Source: Macrostomum lignano (lineage: Eukaryota). From it: a stretch of DNA of 32,023 nucleotides. Location of the stretch: NCBI GenBank assembly GCA_002269645.1, contig NIVC01004899.1:1-32023 (forward strand). The letters are read 5' to 3'. The notes under the pieces are model-generated. The model made no database searches. It saw only the letters and a list, made by a program, of their open reading frames with translations, and was not told the DNA's origin. This document shows positions 1 to 9,926 of the stretch, piece by piece. Numbering within the stretch: the stretch's first letter is position 1; each line of letters opens with the position of its first letter. The position numbers and the translations under genes were made by a program.

Positions 1-75
1 CTCAGCCCTGCTGCCGTCTCCCCCCTTCCCGAGTGTAAACTATTTATTTCGCCCTCTAGCTATTTCGCCGATTAC

Positions 76-147
76 CATGCTTCTTTCCGTCCTTCCAGTT
101 GCCTTCGTATCTGTAGAATCCATTCCTGAATTTGTAGACTCCAAAGC
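76..147 (-). CDS. MORN1: Internal exon of a MORN-repeat protein, MORN1-like ((G)FGVYKFRNGFYRYEGNWKDGKKH(G))
   Basis: Acceptor cacccgcag| at 149-148 and donor G|GTAATC at 75-74 define a 72-nt exon, phase 1 to phase 1. The translation has the MORN signature YEG.WK.G.KHG and resembles the N-terminal repeat of MORN1 ([25 protein letters not shown], recalled). Other exons were not identified. Confidence 0.7.
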
Positions 148-2890
148 CTGCGGGTGAAGTTAATTAAAATTTAGATAAATGCATTTTGAAAATAAAGTAT
201 GAAAAAACACAGAAAAATATCTTAAGCTTTAGATTTTTCACTTTCCAGCAGAACAGCAGAAAGACGCACACATTATTGTTGGTACATGAATAAGTTTAAA
301 ACTTTTTAATTGATTTTTTAGTTTTTGTACTAATTTTTTAAGGAAATAAAGCGATAAAGAACAAATTATGACCATCTATAAAATTTTACCGAGCGTCAAT
401 TACGATTAGCTTTGTGATATATTTACATCAAAATATTATGAAAAAATCTTAAAGCAATATTCGCTAAACAAATGTCAATATTTCCAAAATAGCTGTATTG
501 GATTCATTCGTGAATACGGCATACTTTTCACGCAGCAAGAAATTATCACCAACTACTCTAGCTTGTATTTATTTATTCAAAAGTAGCTAACTTTTTTAGA
601 TTGTCACTAGAAATTCAAGTTGTACTTTACTAACTTGCTTAAAATTTTCTATTTAAAAATTCTCATAATAGTTCATTACCAAAGTCTACCGGTAAGTCTA
701 AAATTATATTATTATACTTTTATTACTTTATTACCAAACTACTTTTCGTTTTTCTAGCTCCAATTTAAAAAAATAGTTTTATTACCATTTTTCTGCTGAT
801 TGGCTCTTTCTCCGATGTAAACATCTTTTAAGTCATTTTCCATCGTTATTTTATTTTAGGATTAATGCGGTTTGTTAATAAAAACTTTTTTGAATCAGTT
901 TTCAATTCAGTAAATTTTATTTAATATCGTGCGGATTTCAACGGAATCCTAAAAAAATTATAACTGTTCAACGATACAGATCTATCCAAAAATAAGTTAC
1001 TGAAGTTCTTTCAAATAAAATAAAACTATTTACATTAGTTTTGAATCAATAATTTGTGTTTAGAAAGTTATTATTGATTAAATAACAAAAAGTAACTGCG
1101 CAACTGTGTAAGAATTATGATTAGCATGAATAGTTTAACTTACTACATTTTAAGTTTTGTTTTAATACTTTATTAACGTCACCTTTACAGTAAAAACTTC
1201 CAGATGCCGGGACCTCAGCTTAAAATTAGTAGGTTTATTTGCCATCACTAGTTAAACGATTAATATTTAAAAGATGTTACTTGTCCTATATACATGGCAC
1301 TAAAAAGTAAAAAATTAAAATTCGTTGCTTTCTATATATACTGTTTAACTCAATCGGAGCACGATCTTTGACTTGTTGGCAGAACTCCCCGGCCCAAAGA
1401 ATTCAGAATCAGAATAGAAACAGGGCAAAAAAAATGCCTGCAGATGAAATTTACCCGTCTAATTTGCACATACTTGTCATGTAAATTTTGTATTTGGATT
1501 TCGCATCAATAATTTTTCAATTCTACAATTTGACTGCATCATCAACGCTTCGCGCGGCGTCAATTATATACTGCATGTAACCATGGGTTTCCTAGTGTAT
1601 AGTAGGGATGTTCATTATATTAAATCTGCTTGGTTAGGGAGATAGTGCATAGTTTTGATATCATTTGTGTACGAAATAATTAAATAATAATCATAACACA
1701 TTTTAATGTACATGTATATCTCGCATGAGGGCTAAGGATCTCGTAATAATACGGTTGAATTTTTTAGCACTTTTTTACCTTATTCTGTAAAAACCATATT
1801 AGGCGATGGTGAAATTCGCGCAGGTGGCAACATTACACACGCCTGCTGTTGTCCGCTGTTAATTACATGTATGAACCGCTGGATTTCCCCCTACCCGAAG
1901 TTCAGATACACAGCTGTATGCATGGGTTTTATCCCGCATGCACGAGCTGAATGTCATCCAGCAGTCGTATTTTAACGGATCGACTGCATGAGAAAAGAGC
2001 CATACGGGGCTTGAAGAAGTCGCACAGCAGGTTGGCAGCTGCATAGGCCAATTAGCTTCAAGCACCAGCAATGTCAAACAGCTCAGTGCAGTATTTGCCC
2101 AGGTGACACCCATATATAGTTTCTGTTGCTGCTGCACAGGATGAAAAAAATGAATGTTTGACTTGAGACAAAGCGGAGGCGTTTTAGGGGTTTGTGAGGA
2201 AGCAATGAAACTGTCGCAATTTTTTCTTCATTAAAGAGCGCGCATGCTCAAAAATGCTTGCTGCTATTAGGAGAAGCAAAACTTCTATGAGGTAGAATCC
2301 ACAGGAGCGCCTCTATGACGATCGATGAATACTTTTATTTCTTTAGAAAGCAGATTTTAATTGCGTGAAAAATGATGATACATTTAAAATGATTCACTGC
2401 ATGGCGCTGAATGCATGCAGGCTGCTGAGAAAAGGTCCCCTAGCTAGCTGTATCAATTTTCTCAGTTGAAAAATCTGCTTATGCAAATCAATAAAGCTTA
2501 AACACATAGTTTTTGGTCATTTTAAATGGGCCTCTTTATTCGTGTTCTATATATTTCCAGAAAAACTTTGTTGCGTCAAAGAATCGAATTTTACAATTAG
2601 GAGCATTTATTTATTTTCTTATTATGAAAGGTGTCATAGCTATTACATGTATATAATCATCATACGATATCTAGTATGTCGATATGAAATTTGTTATAAC
2701 TAACTAGCTACATGTACATGTAAATAATTATCGTACTTGCAGCCAAAAGTACAGAAGAATGAAAAAAGCAAATGGAAAAAAATTAGTGCGGAGAATCAAT
2801 TTGTATGATCGAGTATCTTTACTACTGTACACGTTTCAAAATTTCAAACAATCGCGAACGTCTGGTCAGTGTGAAGCTATAATAATAGCG

Positions 2891-3300
2891 TCAATTCTGA
2901 CTGTCCTGTCGACCAGCGACGGCCGTCATGTCGTTATTCCTAGAAACAATTTGCATCAGGTTGGTGAGGGTCGCCTTGACCAGGCAGGCCTGCACAAGGC
3001 TAAACGACAGCATAAACAGGATTCTCATTGTGCTGTGGTGCGTGACAATGTCCGGATAGCAGGTGACGAGTTTCTCATTGCGATAATAGCTGTGAGAGCA
3101 GACGTCGCAGCAGTAGAGAAAGGGGTGGGATAGGTGGTGGCCTCGCCGCAGCAGTAGGTCGGACACAGGTAGGACAGGTTCGCCTGGCCGAGGAAATTTT
3201 CGTAGCAAATCTCGTCGGCCAGACAGACGGACTTATTGAGAGTCTGGATAGCTGTCATGCAGATGATGATGAAGCTCTTCGAGTTACGTAATGACTTCAT
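2891..3300 (-). CDS. Shisa-like Cys-rich single-pass membrane protein, about 136 aa, interrupted by a -1 frameshift near 3124
   Basis: ATG at 3300 gives a signal-like MKSLRNSKSFIIICMTAIQTLNKSVCLA, then DEIC..LCPTYCCGEATTYP. The -1 frame continues PFLYCCDVC..TC, then a hydrophobic MRILFMLSFSLVQACLV segment, and stops at 2891. The C..CP..YCCG...YCC spacing matches the Shisa/WBP1-like module. Two ORF-track entries (3025..3336 and 2891..3208) are joined. Confidence 0.5.
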
Positions 3301-3429
3301 TTTTGTCCGTATTCCAATGAGTTCTTTCAACTGCAAACTCTAAACGTTTCGCTACTTTCTAGAGTATCTGTTTGACTTATATTTAGTTTTTAAGCTTTTT
3401 AGTCTGTGGCTCTAATTCTATTCGCTATT

Positions 3430-3712
3430 CACAGGAGGGCTGTGCATGAGTGCACCCGACTACCGAGCTCACACGCTCACACGGGGTGTACAGCTGGCGG
3501 CCCTGACTTTCTATAATCGTCATACATGATCTACTCTTCTTGTGCCTTGCGGGGGGTTGGCCTTCAATGGGTGTGAATCGCCCGATCGACAGCCCCGGAC
3601 CAAATTTGGTGCACAATCCCAAATCAACGATCAGGCCGCGCGTGCACCCGGAATAGAAGCAGTAGGAGCGGGAGTCAGACGCGCTTAACGCTGAGTTGCT
3701 CTGCCCGGCCCT
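3430..3712 (-). mobile_element. Degenerate tRNA-derived SINE, copy A
   Basis: The minus-strand head GCAACTCAGCGTTAAGCGCGTCTGACTCCC is tRNA-like. About 110 nt (3474-3580) align as a diverged direct repeat with 3955-4050. Confidence 0.4.
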
Positions 3713-3944
3713 CCCTCATTCTATGTTGCAGATTGCTTATTTAGTCTTAGGGGTATTTTTATATCAATTTGAAGAACTTTCGCTCCAACCTAAAATCCAA
3801 CAGACAAAAGCAATCATCTTATTAGAGGCAGGGGGTTGTGTGCACCCTTGCGCACTTTAAGCGACATAGGCACACAACCGGCGAGAGGCATTACTGCCCA
3901 TTCCGCCGACTCCCCTGAGCAGGCATACAAGCGCGCGGATACGT

Positions 3945-4172
3945 ACGCAGGCACACACTCACACAAGAGTGTACAGCGGCCCTAACTTTATATTATCGTT
4001 AGGCATGTACACTTCACTGCGCCTTGGGGGGTTGGCTCTCAAGGCCGTTAATTGCACGAGCAGAGCCAAGCCGAGATTCCAATTCAGCCCCAATTTATGT
4101 AACTGCACTTGGAATCGAGCCTGGGTCGCTGGCACACCAGAGCAGCTGCGCTACCGCTGGGCTACGGCCCCC
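3945..4172 (-). mobile_element. tRNA-derived SINE, copy B
   Basis: The minus strand begins GGGGGCCGTAGCCCAGCGGTAGCGC...CCCAGGCTCGATTCC, with A box TAGCCCAGCGG and B box GGCTCGATTCC. The body is shared with copy A. Confidence 0.55.
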
Positions 4173-4291
4173 AAAAAGCAATCCTCCCAATTGTTATTCC
4201 GAAATCAACAAGAAAGTCGGACGATTACTATATAGCTAGTTTACCTAATAGAGCAGGGGCAAGGACTACTCAAGTAACATATATTTAAATA

Positions 4292-4396
4292 ATAAACGCC
4301 GTTTAATTCACATTCTGTGGTTAGAATGTCCGAGGACCATTGATTGTAGCCGAGGATATTCTAACCACAGACTATGGTGAATTAAGCGGCGTTTAT
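4292..4396. repeat. About 40-bp inverted repeat forming a 105-nt hairpin (mini-MITE or hairpin RNA)
   Basis: ATAAACGCCGTTTAATTCACATTCTGTGGTTAGAATGTCC pairs with GGATATTCTAACCACAGACTATGGTGAATTAAGCGGCGTTTAT, with a loop of about 22 nt. Confidence 0.75.
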
Positions 4397-4634
4397 CATA
4401 TATGAACTTCGATATCTTATTTTTCGGGGGCATCCCATCTGATTGATAGACATTATAGGCTTAGGCCATTTGATTCCGACCATAGACAAATCAAATACGT
4501 TTCTCACAAAGATGCAGTCACGAAGCAGCCAGTCAATCAGTGGTGGCAAAAAGTAAAAGCCAAATTCAGAGTCGCTTCTTCTTCAAAATAGAATCAAAAA
4601 TACAATATGGAAGGACGCAACACTCGAAATCTAT

Positions 4635-5242
4635 GGTAAATGTTTTGAAGGCAACTTTTCGCCGAAAAATACACTACAGAGATAGGAGGTTTTAATTTTT
4701 TTCAGCACAAAAATTGTTACTGCTTTCGATAGTAGAAAGACCCAATGTTCATCTTTTGATATGCTGTGCCTTTCTTTTAGCTCTATTGATATTCATGAAG
4801 CTTCTTGTTCAGAAAATTAGGATTCTATGCTAATGTTTTATTCTACGTACATCCTGTACCTAAAAATAAAAAAATGCATGGCACTGCTCCAAACTTTGGT
4901 TCTATGAATCTATTTTATCATCTCTGTTACACATATTGTTACACAGTCAGCTAAGAATAACAAAATGGATTCATAAAACCAATGAGCTGAGCCGTGCCAT
5001 TTTGATGATTTTTAGGCACAGGAGACATGCAAATGTACGTAGAATAAGAATTGAACATTGAATCCTAATTTTCTGAACAAATGCTTTATGAATATCAATA
5101 GAGCTATAAGAAAGGCACAACATATCAAAAGATGAACATTGGGTCTTTCTCCTATCGAAAGCAATAACAATTTTTGTGCTGAAAAAATTAAAACCTCCTA
5201 TCCCTGTAGTGTATTTTTCGGCTTGCCTTCAAAACATTTACC
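4635..5242. mobile_element. Foldback-type non-autonomous DNA transposon (long-TIR MITE)
   Basis: Termini GGTAAATGTTTTGAAGGCAA...TTGCCTTCAAAACATTTACC. Inverted complementarity extends about 270 bp on each arm (e.g. CAGCACAAAAATTGT/ACAATTTTTGTGCTG, CCCAATGTTCATCTTTTGATATG/CATATCAAAAGATGAACATTGGG). No ORF, and no clear TSD. Confidence 0.8.
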
Positions 5243-5259
5243 CTTGAGTTGTCCTTGAG

Positions 5260-5350
5260 CAGGGGTCGGCAAACTCCGGCCTGCGAAGCCGATCTCTATC
5301 CGGCCCTCGGGTCCTTTGAAACTTCACCAATATAGCAACCCGGCCCGCTC
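5260..5350 (+). mobile_element. hAT (Charlie-like) left terminus remnant
   Basis: CAGGGGTCGGCAAAC followed by CGGCC-type subterminal motifs, typical of hAT-Charlie ends. No matching right TIR was found. Confidence 0.4.
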
Positions 5351-6869
5351 AAGATTGACATCTTTTTCTCAGCTCTCTTTCTGTTTCCTTCTCCATTGTC
5401 TTACATGTACGAGTATCGCTCTTCTCCGTTCTCGTCTTATCTTTTCTCTCATTCATTAATTCATATCTTATCTATCCGATCCTTGTTATCTCCTTTCTCC
5501 TGTAGAGCTTCTCAGCAGACAGCATCCAATGCGGATTCGAACTCCTGTGAGCTGCATTGTCCTCAGCTGCATGACAGGTTGCAGCCAATCGGATTGCCGC
5601 CGATTTCTGTATAAATATCTAGCATTACCGTGCAGTCAGATTCCTGCTGCACTGCAGGTAGAGACAACTTCTATATGCAGAGGAGACCTCCGACTCAAGC
5701 TCCACTCTCAGTGCAACTCCTGTCGCTCGCTCTGATTCGGACCAGCACTCGCAAACGAAGACTGCCAGCTAGCTAAGTGAAAGAAGGGACGAAACAGAAG
5801 AGAACTAAAAGGAACAAATTGACAGCCAGCCATCCGTTCAGCCGCTGCACACGATCGCCTTGGCCCGGTGAGTGCCCTAACGGCCCCGACGGAAATTATA
5901 ACCGTAGATGTCCCCAGCGGGTTTCTTCGGTAGCTATGCGGTAGCAGATTGATTAATCCGCCTTATTTCTGGCAACGCGAGTTAATGTCCGCAAAACAGG
6001 ACGCATTAGCCTCAATAATGGTGATAAAAATCACATTTATATCGAAGCCTACAGCGCGGCAACTTTTTTATGGTTGAGCAATGCCAAGAAATCAGAATGT
6101 TATTGCTTTCACTGCATCAGAACACGTGCATTTCCACCTTTGAATTATGAATATCCCGGATACCGAATCGGCCATAGCCTTGCATTTCTTCCTAAAGTTA
6201 TGCCTTTGCTTTTCAATCAAAGCCACAGACAGAAGCAGATAATAAGATACCGTTATAAAATTCCATTTTGGAGTCATTTGGGCACAAGACAGCAATAACA
6301 TCGCCAAAACGACTTGGCTTCTTATGAATCATGCAGGTGTTGGGGCCGCGGGTACAGACTGCATGGCAGTCGACTCAAGATAGGCAGCAGCAGCAACTAG
6401 AGAGCGAGTTCTGCGAGCAAGGTTTCATTCGTACGAGTATAGACAATAGATATATTCAGGTGAAGCTCAGGTGGGGCTGCCTGCATGGGAAGTTATCCTA
6501 CAGGTCACAGGAGGCATCCATACGGCAGACTGCAGTACCCAGTTGGCAGGAATGTTCCCAGGCAAGCAATCGCTGTTAAACAGCAGCAGTTGTTTGCTAG
6601 CAGAGCACGACAGGATCGATTTTAAGAATTCTGCTAGCGGAACACTTATCCCGTATCCGAGCACAGCTCTAGATGAGGCTTTGATAGACAGTTTTCTTTT
6701 CATTCATCGCTCGAAAAATTGAGTGTAGCTAATACACTCGTTACAATATAGAAATGTTAAGAATCCACGGGATAAAAATATAAAACACAAGAGAAATCAC
6801 AAATCTACTAGCCTAGATTCTTACGAGCACATTGAACATTTCATCCATGCAGAGCCGGCCCCGTCTGCT

Positions 6870-7664
6870 ATGATGCTCAAGCTGTGCCTGTTTCTGCTAA
6901 TGCCGATGGTCTGGGGAACTGGTGACGCGATGCCACAAAAATTACCGACTGACGAAGCCGGATCGACCAGCCGACGGAGCATTTTCTCTGGCGTTCTCGG
7001 CAAGCGCTCGGAGCCCATTGCTATCCCAATTAAAGCTTTGCTGCCGCAGGAGGAAGACGATTCAAAGCTAATTGAGGGATTGGAAGACGTCGCTATTGTT
7101 CCACAATCGAAAAAGCGAGAAGCTAATTCTGGAAATAGAGATATGTACTCTGGACTTCTTGGAAAGAAAGCAGTGTACTCCGGCCTGCTCGGGAAGCGAG
7201 CGATGTACTCCGGGCTTCTTGGAAAGCGAGATATGTACTCTGGACTTCTTGGAAAGAAAGCAATGTACTCCGGTCTGCTCGGAAAGCGAGCGATGTACTC
7301 TGGACTGCTCGGAAAGCGAGCGATGTACTCTGGACTGCTCGGAAAGCGAGCGATGTACTCTGGACTGCTCGGAAAGCGAGCGATGTACTCTGGACTGCTC
7401 GGAAAGCGAGCGATGTACTCTGGACTGCTCGGAAAGCGAGCGATGTACTCTGGACTGCTCGGGAAGCGAGCGATGTACTCCGGCTTGCTCGGGAAGCGAG
7501 ATATGTACTCCGGACTTCTTGGAAAGCGAGATATGTACTCTGGACTTCTTGGAAAGCGAGATATGTACTCCGGACTTCTTGGAAAGCGAGCTATGTACTC
7601 TGGACTTCTTGGAAAGCGAAGCGGCTCCTTCGCTTCAAGCAAGGAGAACAATATTCGTGACTGA
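6870..7664 (+). CDS. Neuropeptide prohormone, 264 aa: signal peptide, SIFSGVL-amide, and 16 x (A/D)(M/V)YSGLL-amide
   Basis: Hydrophobic N-terminus MMLKLCLFLLMPMVWG, acidic spacers, and 17 peptides each ending in Gly plus KR/KK (amidation and prohormone convertase signals). Single uninterrupted ORF. Confidence 0.95.
   Translation: MMLKLCLFLLMPMVWGTGDAMPQKLPTDEAGSTSRRSIFSGVLGKRSEPIAIPIKALLPQEEDDSKLIEGLEDVAIVPQSKKREANSGNRDMYSGLLGKKAVYSGLLGKRAMYSGLLGKRDMYSGLLGKKAMYSGLLGKRAMYSGLLGKRAMYSGLLGKRAMYSGLLGKRAMYSGLLGKRAMYSGLLGKRAMYSGLLGKRAMYSGLLGKRDMYSGLLGKRDMYSGLLGKRDMYSGLLGKRAMYSGLLGKRSGSFASSKENNIRD
7140..7619 (+). repeat. Coding 30-nt tandem repeat x16 (peptide copies)
   Basis: Unit GCGATGTACTCTGGACTGCTCGGAAAGCGA and variants. 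10 AMYSGLL, 5 DMYSGLL and 1 AVYSGLL copies. The five units at 7291-7440 are identical. Confidence 0.97.
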
Positions 7665-7724
7665 ACAATATTCGTGACTGAACAATATTCGTGACTGAAC
7701 AAGATTCGTGACTGAACAATATTC
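7647..7724 (+). repeat. 17-nt tandem repeat x about 4.6 overlapping the prohormone stop codon
   Basis: AACAATATTCGTGACTG units start at 7647, 7664, 7681 and 7698, with a partial unit at 7715. Confidence 0.95.
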
Positions 7725-8169
7725 TTAGTTGCGTCCGAGAATTCGCAAAGATTTAGAATTAAAAAACGAATATTCTTAATTTAAAAACAAACTTAAGAAC
7801 TTAAAAAAGCAAATAAGTCTAGCAAATAGATAAGAACTTCGTCAAATACAGTCGCAAGAGCAGACCCGCTTTAGAAAATCAGACACCCAGCGCACGGCGC
7901 CGAATTCCCAAAAATAAAATTTATTTTACTTCTTGCAAAAAATTGAACAGGAGTTTTTCCAGTATTGACTCTTTGTTGATATTAATTAATTAAAATTTTT
8001 TAAGCATGGCTGATTATAGCCAAAATCTCGGCAACGATGTGCATTGAAGCCGTGCCTATGCAGTGCACATATATTTATTAAACGAGTAGACATACATTTT
8101 GAGACAGGTGGCGATGCACTTATTGTTGCACACTCAGACAAGTTCTTCACTGGAATATAAGTTGGCAGG

Positions 8170-9165
8170 TACGAGGGATGATCAAAAAGGTTTGTCACTG
8201 CTAAATTTTTCAGTACATGGAAGTTTTTAAAATTTGATTTCAGGTGTTACTACAAACACATTGTTCCATAATTGGGGAAAACTTTTTGCAGCTTTTCCTT
8301 CTCAGCTCAAGATCTCGTAGTTCTTTTCATCTCGAAAGAAATCGAAGCCCGTGGAAGCTGCGGCATCATCTGATGGATTGATGAACCACGCAGTGGGCGA
8401 CTTAAGGACCTCTACCACCAGCCAGACTGCCGTTGAGCATGTCAGACGAAGACAGGCTGAAGTAGCAGAAGCCTGTGGCATCAATTATGGCAGTGCGCAG
8501 TCCATCCTGACCATCCAACTTGGAATGTCAAAATTGTGTGCGAGGTTGGTGCCAAAAGTAGGTACAAGCATGCCAACAGCTGCTCCACCTGATGCAGTAT
8601 CGCCGAGACACACAAGTTTCTGGACTCTATCCTGACTTTTGTTCTCATTCATTGTTATCCCTTCATGAGTCGGAGGCTAAAGTCTAGAGTATGCAGTGGA
8701 AGCGCTACGATGAAGCCACTCTGCTGAAGGCCAAGACAGTGTAGTGTCATCGAGGAAGAAAATAATGAGCAATATTTTCTGGGATCGACAGAGTGCTGCA
8801 GATTGAGTGCACTACGCCACATTGCGCCAGCTCAGGGCCATCAAAGAGAAGAGGCTTGTGGTAAGGTCACTAAGGTCACCGTGTAATTTCCTTGCCTCCG
8901 TCGGATTTCTGTTTCCAACTTTAAAGAATTCGCTGCTGGGCCAACACTGAGCTCCAGTGATTGGGCTGGCTTCCTCAGTGAACCAGTGGTGCAAACACCA
9001 GGAGGAGTGGTATTTAGAAGGCAGTTAAGTGCCGATTGCTGCGTCAAGTACGTGTCAACTGCATGGAAACTTGGATGGAAATGTTCAGGAAGTTTGACAA
9101 TCGCATTGTTGTTTAATTTGTTTCCAGTTAATATTCCCAGTGACAGCTTTTTTATCGTCCCTCAT
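8170..9165 (+). mobile_element. Decayed, internally deleted Tc1/mariner (mariner) element
   Basis: TA-flanked TIRs TACGAGGGATGATCAAAAAGG..GTCACTG and CAGTGACAGCTTTTTTATCGTCCCTCATA. Transposase fragments include EVAEACGINYGSAQSILTIQLGMSKLCARLVPK (HTH to WVP motif), SSRKKIMSNIFWD and a degenerate SPDLAPSDF-like stretch. Multiple stops and frameshifts. Confidence 0.9.
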
Positions 9166-9196
9166 AAAGCCAGCTTACATGCCAGCCGGTTTACAG

Positions 9197-9651
9197 CACA
9201 GATACTAAAATAACCAGATGGGCCACTCAGGCATATATACTTAGTAAATCAGCTTTCTACTTTCAGTTCAGTAGCAAAGAAGAATGCATAAGCTATTTTA
9301 TAAAAAGGCAGCTGAAACGACTAACAAGTTTAGAAGCCCAAGCTTGCAGGCGTAAAGAATTTGCTAATTGGTTTAGCAATAATGTACATTAGCCAGTCCA
9401 CTGAAATGTACATGGCAGCTTTAGGCTGGAATTCCGAGGAATACAATAAAAATTGGGGCGGGGCGGGGGGCAGTGTAGAAAGGCGCGGTTTAAGGTTTTA
9501 AACTGGGGGGCCCAGGAGGGTGGTAAGAGCCAATAAATGAGCCTTGTCTTTAAAAATACATTAAAATGCTTCTGTTTAACATACTACTGAACTGAAAGTA
9601 GCTTACACGCAAATGTGCTGAGTGGCCCATCTAGTTATTCTAGTATCTGTG
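9197..9651. mobile_element. MITE with perfect 8-bp TSD (P- or hAT-superfamily-like)
   Basis: TIRs CACAGATACTAAAATAACCAGATGGGCCACTCAG and CTGAGTGGCCCATCTAGTTATTCTAGTATCTGTG. GTTTACAG is duplicated at 9189-9196 and 9652-9659. Confidence 0.85.
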
Positions 9652-9781
9652 GTTTACAGATGCCTTAATACTATAATATTAATCTGGATAGCAATGATGC
9701 TTAATTGATAAAAAACATTTTAACTTTAGGAGGCGATAAATTTTGGGCACTAGTAGTGATCAACGGGTTTTTAAAGGAAAA

Positions 9782-9787
9782 TTTATT
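9782..9787 (-). terminator. Candidate polyadenylation signal of SF3B1
   Basis: AATAAA on the minus strand, 140 nt downstream of the SF3B1 stop. Confidence 0.4.
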
Positions 9788-9926
9788 AAACTGGACAGCA
9801 TGAGGAACAGGGTGAACTAAAACATTATTTTTGCCACTAAATACATAAAATATAATTAGCAACGTTTTTCTCACACCCCTACTCCAAGTAGTTTTTCTAC
9901 CATTAGTTGTAACATAATAATAATTG

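Noticed and set aside
1859-2137. 92-aa Cys-containing ORF and possible exon (acceptor near 2134, donor near 1896, minus strand)
   Set aside because: No recognisable domain and no MORN similarity. It cannot be distinguished from noise without transcripts.
4100-4172. Possible functional tRNA gene
   Set aside because: The A and B boxes are present, but I could not fold a complete cloverleaf, and it continues into a repeat body shared with 3474-3580, which favours a SINE head.
5396-6722. Several 68-83 aa ORFs upstream of the prohormone
   Set aside because: No motif, no consistent splice chain and no coding bias. They are possibly transposon interior or UTR sequence.
6821-7702. 293-aa antisense ORF and 201-aa alternative-frame ORF (7072..7677) over the prohormone
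   Set aside because: These are shadows of a stop-free 30-nt repeat, with no independent protein features.
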